A stretch of 34,044 nt of DNA from Candidatus Woesearchaeota archaeon (GCA_964443535.1 CAYUCQ010000002.1:1-34044); one strand, 5' to 3'; shown: positions 17,398 to 26,630, counted from the first letter of the stretch. Numbers and translations are program-made. Notes: a model not told the origin generated them from the letters alone.

Positions 17398-17520
17398 TGA
17401 TCCTGCCCGGATTTGAACCGGGGACCCCCGCCTTTCTTAGCTTTTCAGCGTGAAAATAAAGCTCTAACGAGCCATAATCTTATAAGAGCGGTGCTCTAAA
17501 CCGGGCTGAGCTACAGGATC
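17398..17520 (-). tRNA. tRNA-Ile(UAU) with a 47-nt intron at 37/38 (17434-17480)
   Basis: Acceptor GATCCTG/CAGGATC-A, D-arm GCTC/GAGC, CCGCT-CT-TAT-A|intron|A-GGCGG, T-arm CCCGG-TTCAAAT-CCGGG; central helix CTTA/TAAG. Confidence 0.92.
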
Positions 17521-17561
17521 GTAAATACACATTAAAACCAATTTATAAATCTGTGGGATAA

Positions 17562-18086
17562 TTAATTAAAACATTCTTGAGTTTTATTATTGTTATAAAT
17601 ACAAAAGTCTATTGTTTGATTGAAGTTTCTTTGTTTTTTGCAGGCATGGCATTCACAATTAAAAGTAATACTATGTTTTCCTATAGGCACTAACTCAGGT
17701 TTATCACAATGATCAGTTTGAGAACTACATAAATTATATGTAATTCTTAGTCTTCTGTATTCATAACTTTCTTTAGATACCTCTATTGGACTTACGCCAT
17801 TATCTTCATTTAGTATCGTTCCTGTAAAATTATCATTTGTTGTCTGAGAGCAAAAGACATTTGCATCAATATCTCCACTATTTCTAAATATTATCTTTGA
17901 AAAATCTCCTTTAGTATCACTTGTACGTACAAGTAGAAATGAATAAATTTCAATCTTGTCTTGGGAAATTATTTCTATTTTAGCATCTCTTCCTGGATAA
18001 CTAATACTGGGGTATCTTGCTATAAATATTGTTAATACTATTGTCACCACTATTGCTATTATCGCCCATTTTATTTCCTGCTTCAT
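17562..18086 (-). CDS. Membrane-anchored Cys-containing hypothetical protein
   Basis: 174 aa, N-terminal TM, several cysteines. Confidence 0.65.
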   Translation of the reverse strand: MKQEIKWAIIAIVVTIVLTIFIARYPSISYPGRDAKIEIISQDKIEIYSFLLVRTSDTKGDFSKIIFRNSGDIDANVFCSQTTNDNFTGTILNEDNGVSPIEVSKESYEYRRLRITYNLCSSQTDHCDKPELVPIGKHSITFNCECHACKKQRNFNQTIDFCIYNNNKTQECFN

Positions 18087-18137
18087 GCTAATAGATAAAA
18101 TGGCAATCTTTTAATATATTGGCTTTTATCCAATATC

Positions 18138-19313
18138 ATGTTAATCGGTCTTGTAGGCAAGCCAAATTCAGGGAAATCAACATTCTTCAAGGCAGCAACC
18201 TTGTCAGATATACTTATAGCAAACTATCCATTTGCCACAATAAAGCCAAATCATGGCATTGCATACATAAAGATAAAAGACCTTGCTGCGGAATTCAACA
18301 AGCAAAGCAATCCAAGAGAAGGATATGTAAAATCAGGCTTTAGATTTGTCCCATTTGAACTAATGGATGTAGCAGGCCTTGTAGAAGGAGCAAGTGAAGG
18401 AAGAGGATTAGGCAATGAATTCCTGAATGACCTTGCAGGAGCAGATGCATTTATACATATAATTGACTTATCTGGAGAAACAGATGGAGAAGGAAAGCCA
18501 ACAAATAATTACTATCCTGGAAAAGACATAAAAATAATTGAAAACGAATTAGATTTATGGTACAAGGGAATTCTAATGAAAGTATGGAAATCTCTTTCAA
18601 GAACATTAGAAATGCAAAAAGCAAATTTCGCAGAATCAATAGCAAAGCAATTTTCAGGACTAAAAGTAAAGCCAGATGATGTCAAGTCAATAATACTAAA
18701 ATCCAATTTAAATTATGAAAAACCATCTTCATGGAATGATAAAGAAATCTTTACTTTCGCTCAATTATTAAGAAAAAATACAAAGCCGACAATAATCGCG
18801 GCTAATAAAATAGATCGCCCAAATTCAAGAGAAAATCTTGAAAAAATAAAAGAAGAATTTGACTATCCAATAATACAATGCTTTGCAGATGGCGAGCTAG
18901 CATTGAGAGAAGCAGACAAGGCAGGATTAATAGAATACACTCCAGGCGAATCAACATTCAAAGTTAAGTCTCAACTAACAGAAAAGCAAAAAGAAGCATT
19001 GAACAAGATAAAGAAGATAATTGAAGAAAACAAAGGCACAGGTGTTCAGGAAATATTAAATCATATTGTATTGGACATAATGGGATATATTGCTATATAT
19101 CCCGCGGGCTCAAAACTTGAAGACAGCAAAGGCAATGTTCTGCCAGATTGCTATCTGATGAAAAAAGGCTCAACAGCCCTTGACTTTGCATATCGCCTTC
19201 ATACAGATATAGGCAAGGGTTTTATAAAAGCAATTGACGTAAGAACAAAGAGAGCTGTAGGAAAAGAGTATTTGCTCAAGCATCTTGATGGCTTGGAAAT
19301 TGTAACAAGATGA
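18138..19313 (+). CDS. ychF: YchF/Ola1 Obg-family ATPase/GTPase with TGS domain
   Basis: GKPNSGKST, NYPFATI, DVAGLV, ANKID; C-terminal GSTALDFAYRLHTDIG. Confidence 0.93.
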   Translation: MLIGLVGKPNSGKSTFFKAATLSDILIANYPFATIKPNHGIAYIKIKDLAAEFNKQSNPREGYVKSGFRFVPFELMDVAGLVEGASEGRGLGNEFLNDLAGADAFIHIIDLSGETDGEGKPTNNYYPGKDIKIIENELDLWYKGILMKVWKSLSRTLEMQKANFAESIAKQFSGLKVKPDDVKSIILKSNLNYEKPSSWNDKEIFTFAQLLRKNTKPTIIAANKIDRPNSRENLEKIKEEFDYPIIQCFADGELALREADKAGLIEYTPGESTFKVKSQLTEKQKEALNKIKKIIEENKGTGVQEILNHIVLDIMGYIAIYPAGSKLEDSKGNVLPDCYLMKKGSTALDFAYRLHTDIGKGFIKAIDVRTKRAVGKEYLLKHLDGLEIVTR

Positions 19314-19543
19314 TTATTCATGTAAAAGTAATTCCTAATTCAAAAGAAGAAGAGTTAAAAGAAATTTCAAAACTAGAATACACTGCAAAAATAAAAGAAC
19401 CTGCAGAAAAGAACAGGGCAAATATTTCTTTAACAAATTTATTAGCCAAATCTCTAAAAATTCCAGCAAAAAATATTAAAATAAAAAACCCTTTGTCAAG
19501 AAAGAAAGTTATAGACATTATTAATCAACAGCAACAATTTTAA
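19310..19543 (+). CDS. DUF167 (YggU-like) protein
   Basis: HVKVIPNSK...EPAEKNRAN...LAK...SRKK. Confidence 0.85.
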   Translation: MIIHVKVIPNSKEEELKEISKLEYTAKIKEPAEKNRANISLTNLLAKSLKIPAKNIKIKNPLSRKKVIDIINQQQQF

Positions 19544-19565
19544 ACCTAAGTTATCTCACCACTCA

Positions 19566-19940
19566 ATGAAATATGTAGATGCCCCTGATTTGAAAGATAG
19601 AGTTAATGAAATAGCTCAAATTCTTAATATGGATCATATTGACTTAAACAGAGTAGAATGCACAAGAAGCTTTGGCTCTTCAACAAAAAGCACTATTGCA
19701 AGATGCCATGCTCTTGGAAAGCTGATGCAAAAAGCAATGAAATCAAAGGCTTTTTACGCAATAGAATTCCTGGAAAAATTTGACAAGATGAGCAAATCTG
19801 ATCAGGATAAAGTAATAATTCACGAACTAATGCATATTCCAAAGAGTTTTGGAGGCGGATTTAGGCAGCATGATTTTGTATGCAGGAAAAACGTGGAAAT
19901 CATGTATGAACAATTTACAAACTTCAAAAAGCCTTTCTAA
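19566..19940 (+). CDS. Putative zincin metallopeptidase
   Basis: VIIHELMHIP HExxH motif. Confidence 0.75.
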   Translation: MKYVDAPDLKDRVNEIAQILNMDHIDLNRVECTRSFGSSTKSTIARCHALGKLMQKAMKSKAFYAIEFLEKFDKMSKSDQDKVIIHELMHIPKSFGGGFRQHDFVCRKNVEIMYEQFTNFKKPF

Positions 19941-19944
19941 AGCC

Positions 19945-20577
19945 TTAGCGCAAATATTTATCTTCCCATTCTCTAATAGCTTTCTCCTCTATATCAATTT
20001 TAGACTCTTTTCTAGCGCGCTTAAAGTCCCTGAAAAGCAGCCCAAAAATAAAGCCAAAGAACATTCCTGATAAATGGGCAATATTTCCAGTATTGTCAAT
20101 CGGATTTCCTATCAAAAAGCCAATTGCGCCAAGCAAGTCGCCAATTCCCCATAAAACTCCTGCGATGAATATTGGCATAGGCATTCCAAAAGCCCAGACA
20201 ATAAGCATTGGCCTTATTGCAACCAATGCTCCAATAATTCCAAAAATTGCACCGCTTGCTCCAAGTGAGCTTGAATAAAAATTAACAGAAATTAAATTAG
20301 CCAATATTCCGCTAATAAAGAATATCAATAAGAATTTCCTGCTTCCAATTAGCTTCTCCAAAATGCTTCCAAAGAGCGCAAGTGCGAACAAATTATAAGC
20401 TAAATGCAGCAAGCTTCCATGCAAAAAAATAGCGCTGAAAAATCGCCACATTTCCTTAAAAGCCATTTCATTTAAAACAAGCAATTCAGTGAATGCAGGA
20501 ACAAAAACCTGAATTGCAAAAACTACAACAATGAGCAGGCATAACTTAAAAGCATAAAACTTAAATCTTGTTTTCAT
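19945..20577 (-). CDS. Rhomboid intramembrane serine protease
   Basis: WRFFSAIFLHG..HL..N, GASGAIFG, AHLSG. Start placed at MKTRFK because the upstream ATG lies inside a repeat element. Confidence 0.92.
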   Translation of the reverse strand: MKTRFKFYAFKLCLLIVVVFAIQVFVPAFTELLVLNEMAFKEMWRFFSAIFLHGSLLHLAYNLFALALFGSILEKLIGSRKFLLIFFISGILANLISVNFYSSSLGASGAIFGIIGALVAIRPMLIVWAFGMPMPIFIAGVLWGIGDLLGAIGFLIGNPIDNTGNIAHLSGMFFGFIFGLLFRDFKRARKESKIDIEEKAIREWEDKYLR

Positions 20578-20580
20578 CAA

Positions 20581-20655
20581 ATCAAAAAGTCCTTGTAACA
20601 TTATAAGACTTTTGGATGCTCAAGATGCGATAAAAAGTGACAAGCATCTTGACAT
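20581..20655. repeat. Double-hairpin interspersed element, copy 1
   Basis: ATCAAAAAGTC-loop-GACTTTTGGAT followed by ATG(C)TCAAGATGC-loop-GCATCTTGACAT. Confidence 0.85.
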
Positions 20656-20702
20656 AACAAAGCCAACAAGATTTTTATACCCTTTTCCTCATTTACAATT
20701 AT

Positions 20703-20774
20703 GGCGGTTGTAGTTTAAAGGCAGAATGTCAGCTTGTGGCGCTGAAGACGGGAGTTCGATTCTCCCCTCCCGCC
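20703..20774 (+). tRNA. tRNA-His(GUG) with encoded G-1 and two acceptor-stem mismatches
   Basis: TCAGC-TTGTGGC-GCTGA anticodon arm, GGGAG-TTCGATT-CTCCC T-arm, C73; acceptor GCGGTTG/CTCCCGC. Confidence 0.88.
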
Positions 20775-20824
20775 CTTTTTGGAGAATCGAACATTTTTTA
20801 AAGCATATCTATAATAGAGCATAA

Positions 20825-21154
20825 ATGAAAAAAGCACATATAATAAAAACTATCTATTGGGTAACTTTGATTTTAGGAGTAATAATCTTCTTCTTAATAG
20901 ATGGATTAAAAAGAATAATTTTAGGTTTTATAATAATGGTCTTGCCCTTGATAGGAACTAGTTTAAACAAATATACTTGGGAAAATAAACTTCTTAAAGA
21001 CTTAGGAATAGCCCTATTGGGAGGATTAGTAGTCTCTATATTTAGAGACATATCAACAAATCAATGGACATCAAGTATAATAACTATGTATTTTATGATG
21101 TTTTTCACAGCAGTAATATTCTTGATAATAGGAAATATGAATAAACCAATATAA
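20825..21154 (+). CDS. Small multi-TM membrane protein
   Basis: 109 aa, about four hydrophobic segments. Confidence 0.7.
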   Translation: MKKAHIIKTIYWVTLILGVIIFFLIDGLKRIILGFIIMVLPLIGTSLNKYTWENKLLKDLGIALLGGLVVSIFRDISTNQWTSSIITMYFMMFFTAVIFLIIGNMNKPI

Positions 21155-21198
21155 AATTTCCCCTAAATATTTATAAATTCTTTATAACTTAATAAACA

Positions 21199-21372
21199 AT
21201 GGAGCAAGAAGCAAAATTTAATCAAAGAGAAATACTAGCTAAGCTTCAAGCTAATGTAGAATACATTAAATCTAATATGAAAATAAAGAATAAAGAGTTA
21301 GAAGAAGAAATGAAAGCCTGGCAAAAAGCAAGTGAAGAAGATATCCTTAATTGGGAAAAAGAAAATTTATAA
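21199..21372 (+). CDS. 57-aa antitoxin-like helical protein
   Basis: Manual translation MEQEAKFNQREILAKLQANVEYIKSNMKIKNKELEEEMKAWQKASEEDILNWEKENL. TATA upstream; stop 1 nt before the next ATG. Confidence 0.65.
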   Translation: MEQEAKFNQREILAKLQANVEYIKSNMKIKNKELEEEMKAWQKASEEDILNWEKENL

Positions 21373-21373
21373 A

Positions 21374-21592
21374 ATGGAAAATTGGTACGATTCAGAAGAA
21401 GATGTACTTGGAATTCATATCAAAGATAAGGCATATTGGAAAAGCGTTGAATTGCCTAATAACATAATTATTGATATATCAAAAAATGGCGATATAATAG
21501 GAATAGAAATATTAAAAGCAAGTAAGATATTTTCTGGAGATATAAAGAAAGTTATTGAAATAGCAAAAAAGCAAATTACAGAAAGTAGATAA
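21374..21592 (+). CDS. DUF2283-family protein
   Basis: YDSEEDVLGI...IIIDISKNGDIIGIEILKAS; start at ATG 21374. Confidence 0.85.
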   Translation: MENWYDSEEDVLGIHIKDKAYWKSVELPNNIIIDISKNGDIIGIEILKASKIFSGDIKKVIEIAKKQITESR

Positions 21593-21626
21593 AAAACTAT
21601 AAATACGCTTTAATTTTCTTATAAAA

Positions 21627-22880
21627 ATGAGATTAGACATAGGAACAGTAAAAGGCTTCCAGGATTACCTGCCCCCAGAATCACTGAAAAGAAAGAAAAT
21701 AGCAGAAATTGTAGAGAAATACTACAAATTATATGGCTTTGTCCCTATAGAAACTCCCATAATAGAATTTGATGAGCTAATGCGCCCAGATATAATAAGC
21801 AGTGAAGGAGAAGATGAAGCTGTTGCTGACAGATTCAGGCTGCAGGATAGAGGAGGCAGGAATCTCGGATTAAGATATGAATTCACTTTTCAATTAGCAA
21901 GAATCTTCAAGGAAAACCCTAACATCAAGCTGCCAATGAAAAGATATCAAATAGGCCCTGTTTTCAGGGACGAGCCAATAAGGCAGGGCAGAACCCGCCA
22001 ATTTGTGCAATGTGATGCAGATGTAATTGGCGATAGTTCAACAAACGCAGATGCAGAATGTCTTGCCCTTGCTTCAGACATATTAAAAGAGCTAAAAATA
22101 AATAATTTTGAAATACAAATAAACAACAGAAAATTATTAAACGCAATAATTGAAAGCGTGGAAATAAAAGAGCAAAAGCAAGTTTTGAAAGAGCTTGACA
22201 AAATAGAAAAAATAGGAGCAGATATTGTTAAAGCAAACTTAAGAAAATACGCCAGCGCAAATCAAATAATAACTTTGTTCAAATTATTAGAAAAAGATAT
22301 AGAATTTTTCAAGGACAATGCATTTGACGGAATCAATGAAATAGAAGATTTAATAAAAAAACTAAAAGTCTATGGAATAAAAACAAGATTAAATCTCTCT
22401 ATGGTAAGGGGATTGTCATATTATACTGGAAATATATTTGAAATATACCTTACAGAAAAAAAGACATCAATTGCAGGAGGAGGAAGATATGACAAGACAG
22501 TTGGAAAAATGTCAAATAGAGTTATTCCTGCGGTTGGAATTTCTTTCAGCATTGAATCTCTTATGGGACTATGCGAAGAAGCAATGGCAAAATTAGAAAT
22601 AGATGCAATTCCGCAAGCCTTGATAATCTCATTCAACCAAGAAGAAGAGGCAATAAAATTAGCCAAAAAGCTGAGAAAGAATGAAGTCTCATGCTCAATA
22701 ACAGAAGGCCAGCCAAGCAAGGCGCTTGATTTTGCAAACTCGCAAAAGATACCTTATATCGTATTTCTCGGAGAAGAAGAAATATCAAAAGAAAAATACA
22801 AATTAAAAGATATGTCATCTGGCGAAGAAAAGCTCTTAAGCGAAAAGCAGCTGCTCTCAAAATTAAGCAGTTCTAAATAA
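21627..22880 (+). CDS. hisS: Histidyl-tRNA synthetase
   Basis: KGFQDYLP, LRYEFT, FRDEP..GRTRQFVQCDAD, RGLSYYTG, GGGRYD, and an anticodon-binding domain. Confidence 0.96.
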   Translation: MRLDIGTVKGFQDYLPPESLKRKKIAEIVEKYYKLYGFVPIETPIIEFDELMRPDIISSEGEDEAVADRFRLQDRGGRNLGLRYEFTFQLARIFKENPNIKLPMKRYQIGPVFRDEPIRQGRTRQFVQCDADVIGDSSTNADAECLALASDILKELKINNFEIQINNRKLLNAIIESVEIKEQKQVLKELDKIEKIGADIVKANLRKYASANQIITLFKLLEKDIEFFKDNAFDGINEIEDLIKKLKVYGIKTRLNLSMVRGLSYYTGNIFEIYLTEKKTSIAGGGRYDKTVGKMSNRVIPAVGISFSIESLMGLCEEAMAKLEIDAIPQALIISFNQEEEAIKLAKKLRKNEVSCSITEGQPSKALDFANSQKIPYIVFLGEEEISKEKYKLKDMSSGEEKLLSEKQLLSKLSSSK

Positions 22881-22944
22881 TCTAAAAAGAATCTACCAAT
22901 AGGTGATAACACAAATTTATATATTTTTCCTTAGTAGTAATATT

Positions 22945-23721
22945 ATGACAAGAATGAAATGTGCAGAAAGTATGCCTATAACTATTCCGGAAAAGATTTA
23001 CGCAGGAAAAGGCGAAAATCTTACTAGAATGCTTAGAAGAAAATTTGGTTACGAAATTCCTGAAAGGCATTATGAAGCATTAATGGATCAACTAGTTTCT
23101 TCAAAAACTAGGTGGCTTGATATAGGATGCGGTAGAAAGCTCTTTCCAAGCAATAGCCATCTAAGCAAAAAGCTTTCATCTCGTGCAGTAGAGCTTGTTG
23201 GAATTGATCCTGATGAAACAATAAAAGAAAATCCATATGTCCATACAGGAATTCAAGCAAAAATAGAGGACTTTTACGATCCAGAAAAATTTGATTTAAT
23301 ATCTATGAGAATGGTAGCAGAGCATGTTGAAGACCCTGCATCAACTGCAAGAAATGTCAGCGGCTTGTTAAAGCCAGAAGGAAAGTTAGTAGTATATACT
23401 GTAAATGGAAGTTCATTAGCTCCATCTGTAACAAAAATTTTGCCAAATGGACTTAAAGATAAACTGAAAAAAGCTCTTTGGGGAACAGAGGAAAAAGATA
23501 CATTTCCAACACATTACAGAATGAATAGCAGGGAAGATTTGAGAAAATATCTTGGTCAAAATGGCCTGACAGAAGAAAACTTCTGGGTCTTGGACGATTG
23601 TAGATTTTTCTCAAGATATCCAGTATTGCACTTCTTTGAACTATCAGCAAGAAAAATTGCTTCTTCATTAAGAATGTCTCATCTTGATTCCTGCCTATTG
23701 GGCGTTTATTCTAAGAAATAA
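22945..23721 (+). CDS. Class I SAM-dependent methyltransferase
   Basis: WLDIGCG, VGIDPD, FDLI..VAEHVEDP, LKPEG; start codon uncertain. Confidence 0.85.
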   Translation: MTRMKCAESMPITIPEKIYAGKGENLTRMLRRKFGYEIPERHYEALMDQLVSSKTRWLDIGCGRKLFPSNSHLSKKLSSRAVELVGIDPDETIKENPYVHTGIQAKIEDFYDPEKFDLISMRMVAEHVEDPASTARNVSGLLKPEGKLVVYTVNGSSLAPSVTKILPNGLKDKLKKALWGTEEKDTFPTHYRMNSREDLRKYLGQNGLTEENFWVLDDCRFFSRYPVLHFFELSARKIASSLRMSHLDSCLLGVYSKK

Positions 23722-24126
23722 CTATTCTAAAAATTCATATCTTCCGTATTGATTAGAAACAATTCCGCCAAGATATTTTCCTTCTTCAGTTAAAAATTTC
23801 CTCTGTAAAGGGCTATTATAAAATGTATTTACAATATCTCCTAATTCGCCTGCTGTGCGCTCATTTGTAGCACCTTTAAGACTAGCTACAAATGTATAAT
23901 TATTTCCATCTCTAATAGCAGATTGAGCAAGCTCTTGTAGTTCAGAATCATCTCTAAATTCATTAGGATTAATACCAGCATGAACTTGCAACTCTAAAGA
24001 AGATGGTGTATGAGCCAAATCTCTTACATTAGGCACTTGCTCTTTTATTTCTCCTTCAGAAGCAGAGCTATAAATAAATCCATACGCTTTTCCTGTAAAT
24101 CCAAATTCTTCATCTCTCATTGTCAT
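23722..24126 (-). CDS. Hypothetical protein
   Basis: 134 aa with BRE/TATA (AAAGG-TTTATATA) upstream. Confidence 0.7.
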   Translation of the reverse strand: MTMRDEEFGFTGKAYGFIYSSASEGEIKEQVPNVRDLAHTPSSLELQVHAGINPNEFRDDSELQELAQSAIRDGNNYTFVASLKGATNERTAGELGDIVNTFYNSPLQRKFLTEEGKYLGGIVSNQYGRYEFLE

Positions 24127-24195
24127 AATATCTAAAGGAAGAACTTATATATAAACCTTTCTATTTGTAACTACTTAAGTATAGAAACAAACCAT

Positions 24196-25557
24196 TCATC
24201 GCCTCTTCAAAAGCTCTTTCAATTCATTGTGAACTTTGTTAAAAACATAATCCCAGTCTCCTAATTTCTCTTGCCTGAACAACTTCATACTTGGATACCA
24301 AGGGCTGTCGGTCCTATCAAGCATCCAGCGCCAGTCTGGCATGAAAGTTAATAATAGCCATGTAGGTTTGCCCATTGCTCCAGATAAATGAGCAACAGAG
24401 GTGTCTACTGAAATAACTAAGTCTAAATTTTCAATAATAGAAGCTGTATCTGTAAAGTCATTTATTTTATCAGCCATATTAATTATTTCAGAATCGTTAA
24501 ATTGCTTAGCACCCTCTCCTTTCTGCAGAGAAAATAGCTTAATTCCTGGAATTTTTTTCAGAATTTTAAATTTATCAAATCTAGTTGACCTATTCTTATC
24601 ATTCATTTGATTAGGATTGCCAGCCCAAACTATGCCAATGTTAAAATCGTTATTATTAAACTCTGTCTTAAACTTCTTGGCGGCTAAAGGAACTCTTAAA
24701 TAAGGCACCATATTGGGGATGCTCCCCAAACTAGTATTAAATATTCCTGGCAGACTCATAAGATGAATATAAAAATCAAATTCAATATTTGGAATAACTT
24801 CATTATCTTTCTCTACAATTTCATCTATACCGAAAAAACCTTCAAATAACTTTTTGAGTCCCTTCTTGCATTCAAAAATAACATGCCCTCCTCTTTCTTT
24901 AACAAGGGAGATATATCGTATAAAATTAATATTGTCTCCAAAACCTTGTTCTGAAAGAACCAAAATTCTCTTCCCTTTTAATGAAGAGCCATCCCATTTG
25001 GGCTTATCAAAAACTCTTGAATCGCTGGGTTTTTCCTTTTTAAACCTATATTCATATTCTTTCCATCCTTCTTTAAATCTGCCTAACAAAAGTAAAACAA
25101 GCCCTTTATTCCAATGAGCTTCAGCAAAATTCCCGTTTAATTCCAATGCCTTATTATAATGTTCAAGAGCCTGGTTTATTCTGCCTTTATCTGAATAAAA
25201 AACACCAAGATTATAATGCGCGAGAAAAGCTTTATTATGTTTGGGATTAATCTCCAATGCCTTCTGAAAATTAACTGCAGATTCTTCTTCTTTGCCTAAA
25301 ACATCATAAATCATTCCCAAATTGCTGTAAAATAAAGCACTATTAGGATTTATTTCAATCGCCTTATTAATAAAAATAATAGCTTTTTCATGCTTGCCTT
25401 TTTGATGAGCAATCAATCCCAATAAATGCAATGCCTCAGCATTATTTTGATCCCCATCTAAAATTTCTCTATAAATAATCTCTGCCTTGTCAAGATTGCC
25501 CTCTTGATGGTATTTGACAGCAAGACTCAATGCCTGGTTTAAGTTTAAGTCGCCCAT
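24196..25557 (-). CDS. TPR-repeat protein with GT9-like glycosyltransferase domain
   Basis: N-terminal TPRs; EQGFGD, GIVWAGNP, LDLVISVDTSVAHLSGAMGKP, DWRW..SPWYPS. Confidence 0.9.
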   Translation of the reverse strand: MGDLNLNQALSLAVKYHQEGNLDKAEIIYREILDGDQNNAEALHLLGLIAHQKGKHEKAIIFINKAIEINPNSALFYSNLGMIYDVLGKEEESAVNFQKALEINPKHNKAFLAHYNLGVFYSDKGRINQALEHYNKALELNGNFAEAHWNKGLVLLLLGRFKEGWKEYEYRFKKEKPSDSRVFDKPKWDGSSLKGKRILVLSEQGFGDNINFIRYISLVKERGGHVIFECKKGLKKLFEGFFGIDEIVEKDNEVIPNIEFDFYIHLMSLPGIFNTSLGSIPNMVPYLRVPLAAKKFKTEFNNNDFNIGIVWAGNPNQMNDKNRSTRFDKFKILKKIPGIKLFSLQKGEGAKQFNDSEIINMADKINDFTDTASIIENLDLVISVDTSVAHLSGAMGKPTWLLLTFMPDWRWMLDRTDSPWYPSMKLFRQEKLGDWDYVFNKVHNELKELLKRR

Positions 25558-25563
25558 TGTATG

Positions 25564-26484
25564 CTAAGTATTCTTAGTCTGCTCCTTTTCCCCGCCCTCA
25601 ACAACTTCGCCAGCACTTTCAGCAGTATTTTCAACAGGACGCTCTATACTCTCTTCAGAATCATCTTCCCCATTCATGGCTTCTTCAACTTCTTTTCTTG
25701 CAGTTTCCAAAATCTCAGCGTGCTTCTCCTCATATGTCTGCTTAAGCCATATCCAAATTTCTTCAAAATGACTTTCCTGCTCAAGCAGAACTTTATGCTG
25801 ATTGTCTAAATAAAGCAAAGGCAGGAAATGAGCTATTTTGTCCTTTCCATGCAAATGGCAGAAATTTGAAAAGCCGACTTTATCGCCTCCGTCTTTGAAA
25901 TAATCTCTCAACTTATTATACAATGTAGTTATCTGTCCTTTCAAGTCAATTTTCTTTCTAGGTATAGCTCCAATTGTATCAAACTCTCTCTGCCTGTCTA
26001 CAACAATTCTCTTGATCCTTCTTGTTTCAGTCTTAATAGCTCTTCCAAGAGCACTCATTAATTCATGCAAGCTGACTTTTCTTCCTCTTGGCAAAGGTGT
26101 CCTTGGAATTAATTCAGGAACTTCATCATCAAATTCAATCCTTTCCCGAACATATTTCTTTTCATCTTTCTTGCCAAACAAAATACTGTCCAAATTAGGA
26201 ATGTAATAGTTCAGCAAAATCTCAGACTTCATCCGCAAAAGCAGCGACGCTGCAAACAAAACTTTGCTTGAAACGAAAAAATTTCCTTCTTCAATTGTTC
26301 GAACTTTTTCAAGATATTTATTAGCTAAAAGGCATATATCTACATCCCAAGGATTAAGCTGCTCTGTATTAATTAAATCATAAATTATTGCCTGCCAGCT
26401 TAATTTATCGCTGAAAAGCAACCCATGAATTTGCTCCTGCCCGACTTTTTCCTTATTATTCTTGATTTCAGGCTTGTCTTCCAT
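25564..26484 (-). CDS. scpA: Segregation/condensation protein A (kleisin)
   Basis: LNPWDVDI..LANKYL, AASLLLRMKSE, FLPLLYL....V.LEQESHFEEI. Confidence 0.9.
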   Translation of the reverse strand: MEDKPEIKNNKEKVGQEQIHGLLFSDKLSWQAIIYDLINTEQLNPWDVDICLLANKYLEKVRTIEEGNFFVSSKVLFAASLLLRMKSEILLNYYIPNLDSILFGKKDEKKYVRERIEFDDEVPELIPRTPLPRGRKVSLHELMSALGRAIKTETRRIKRIVVDRQREFDTIGAIPRKKIDLKGQITTLYNKLRDYFKDGGDKVGFSNFCHLHGKDKIAHFLPLLYLDNQHKVLLEQESHFEEIWIWLKQTYEEKHAEILETARKEVEEAMNGEDDSEESIERPVENTAESAGEVVEGGEKEQTKNT

Positions 26485-26557
26485 ATTATAGACAACGAAA
26501 AGATATTTATATGCCTTTAGTTACAATATATGAACATTAAATCAAGTAAGATATCAT

Positions 26558-26630
26558 ATCAAAAAGTCTTTGTATAACGTTTAGACTTTTGGATGCTCAA
26601 GATTGCATAGTATATCGGCAATCTTGACAT
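26558..26630. repeat. Double-hairpin interspersed element, copy 2
   Basis: ATCAAAAAGTC-loop-GACTTTTGGAT followed by ATG(C)TCAAGATTGC-loop-GCAATCTTGACAT. Confidence 0.85.
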
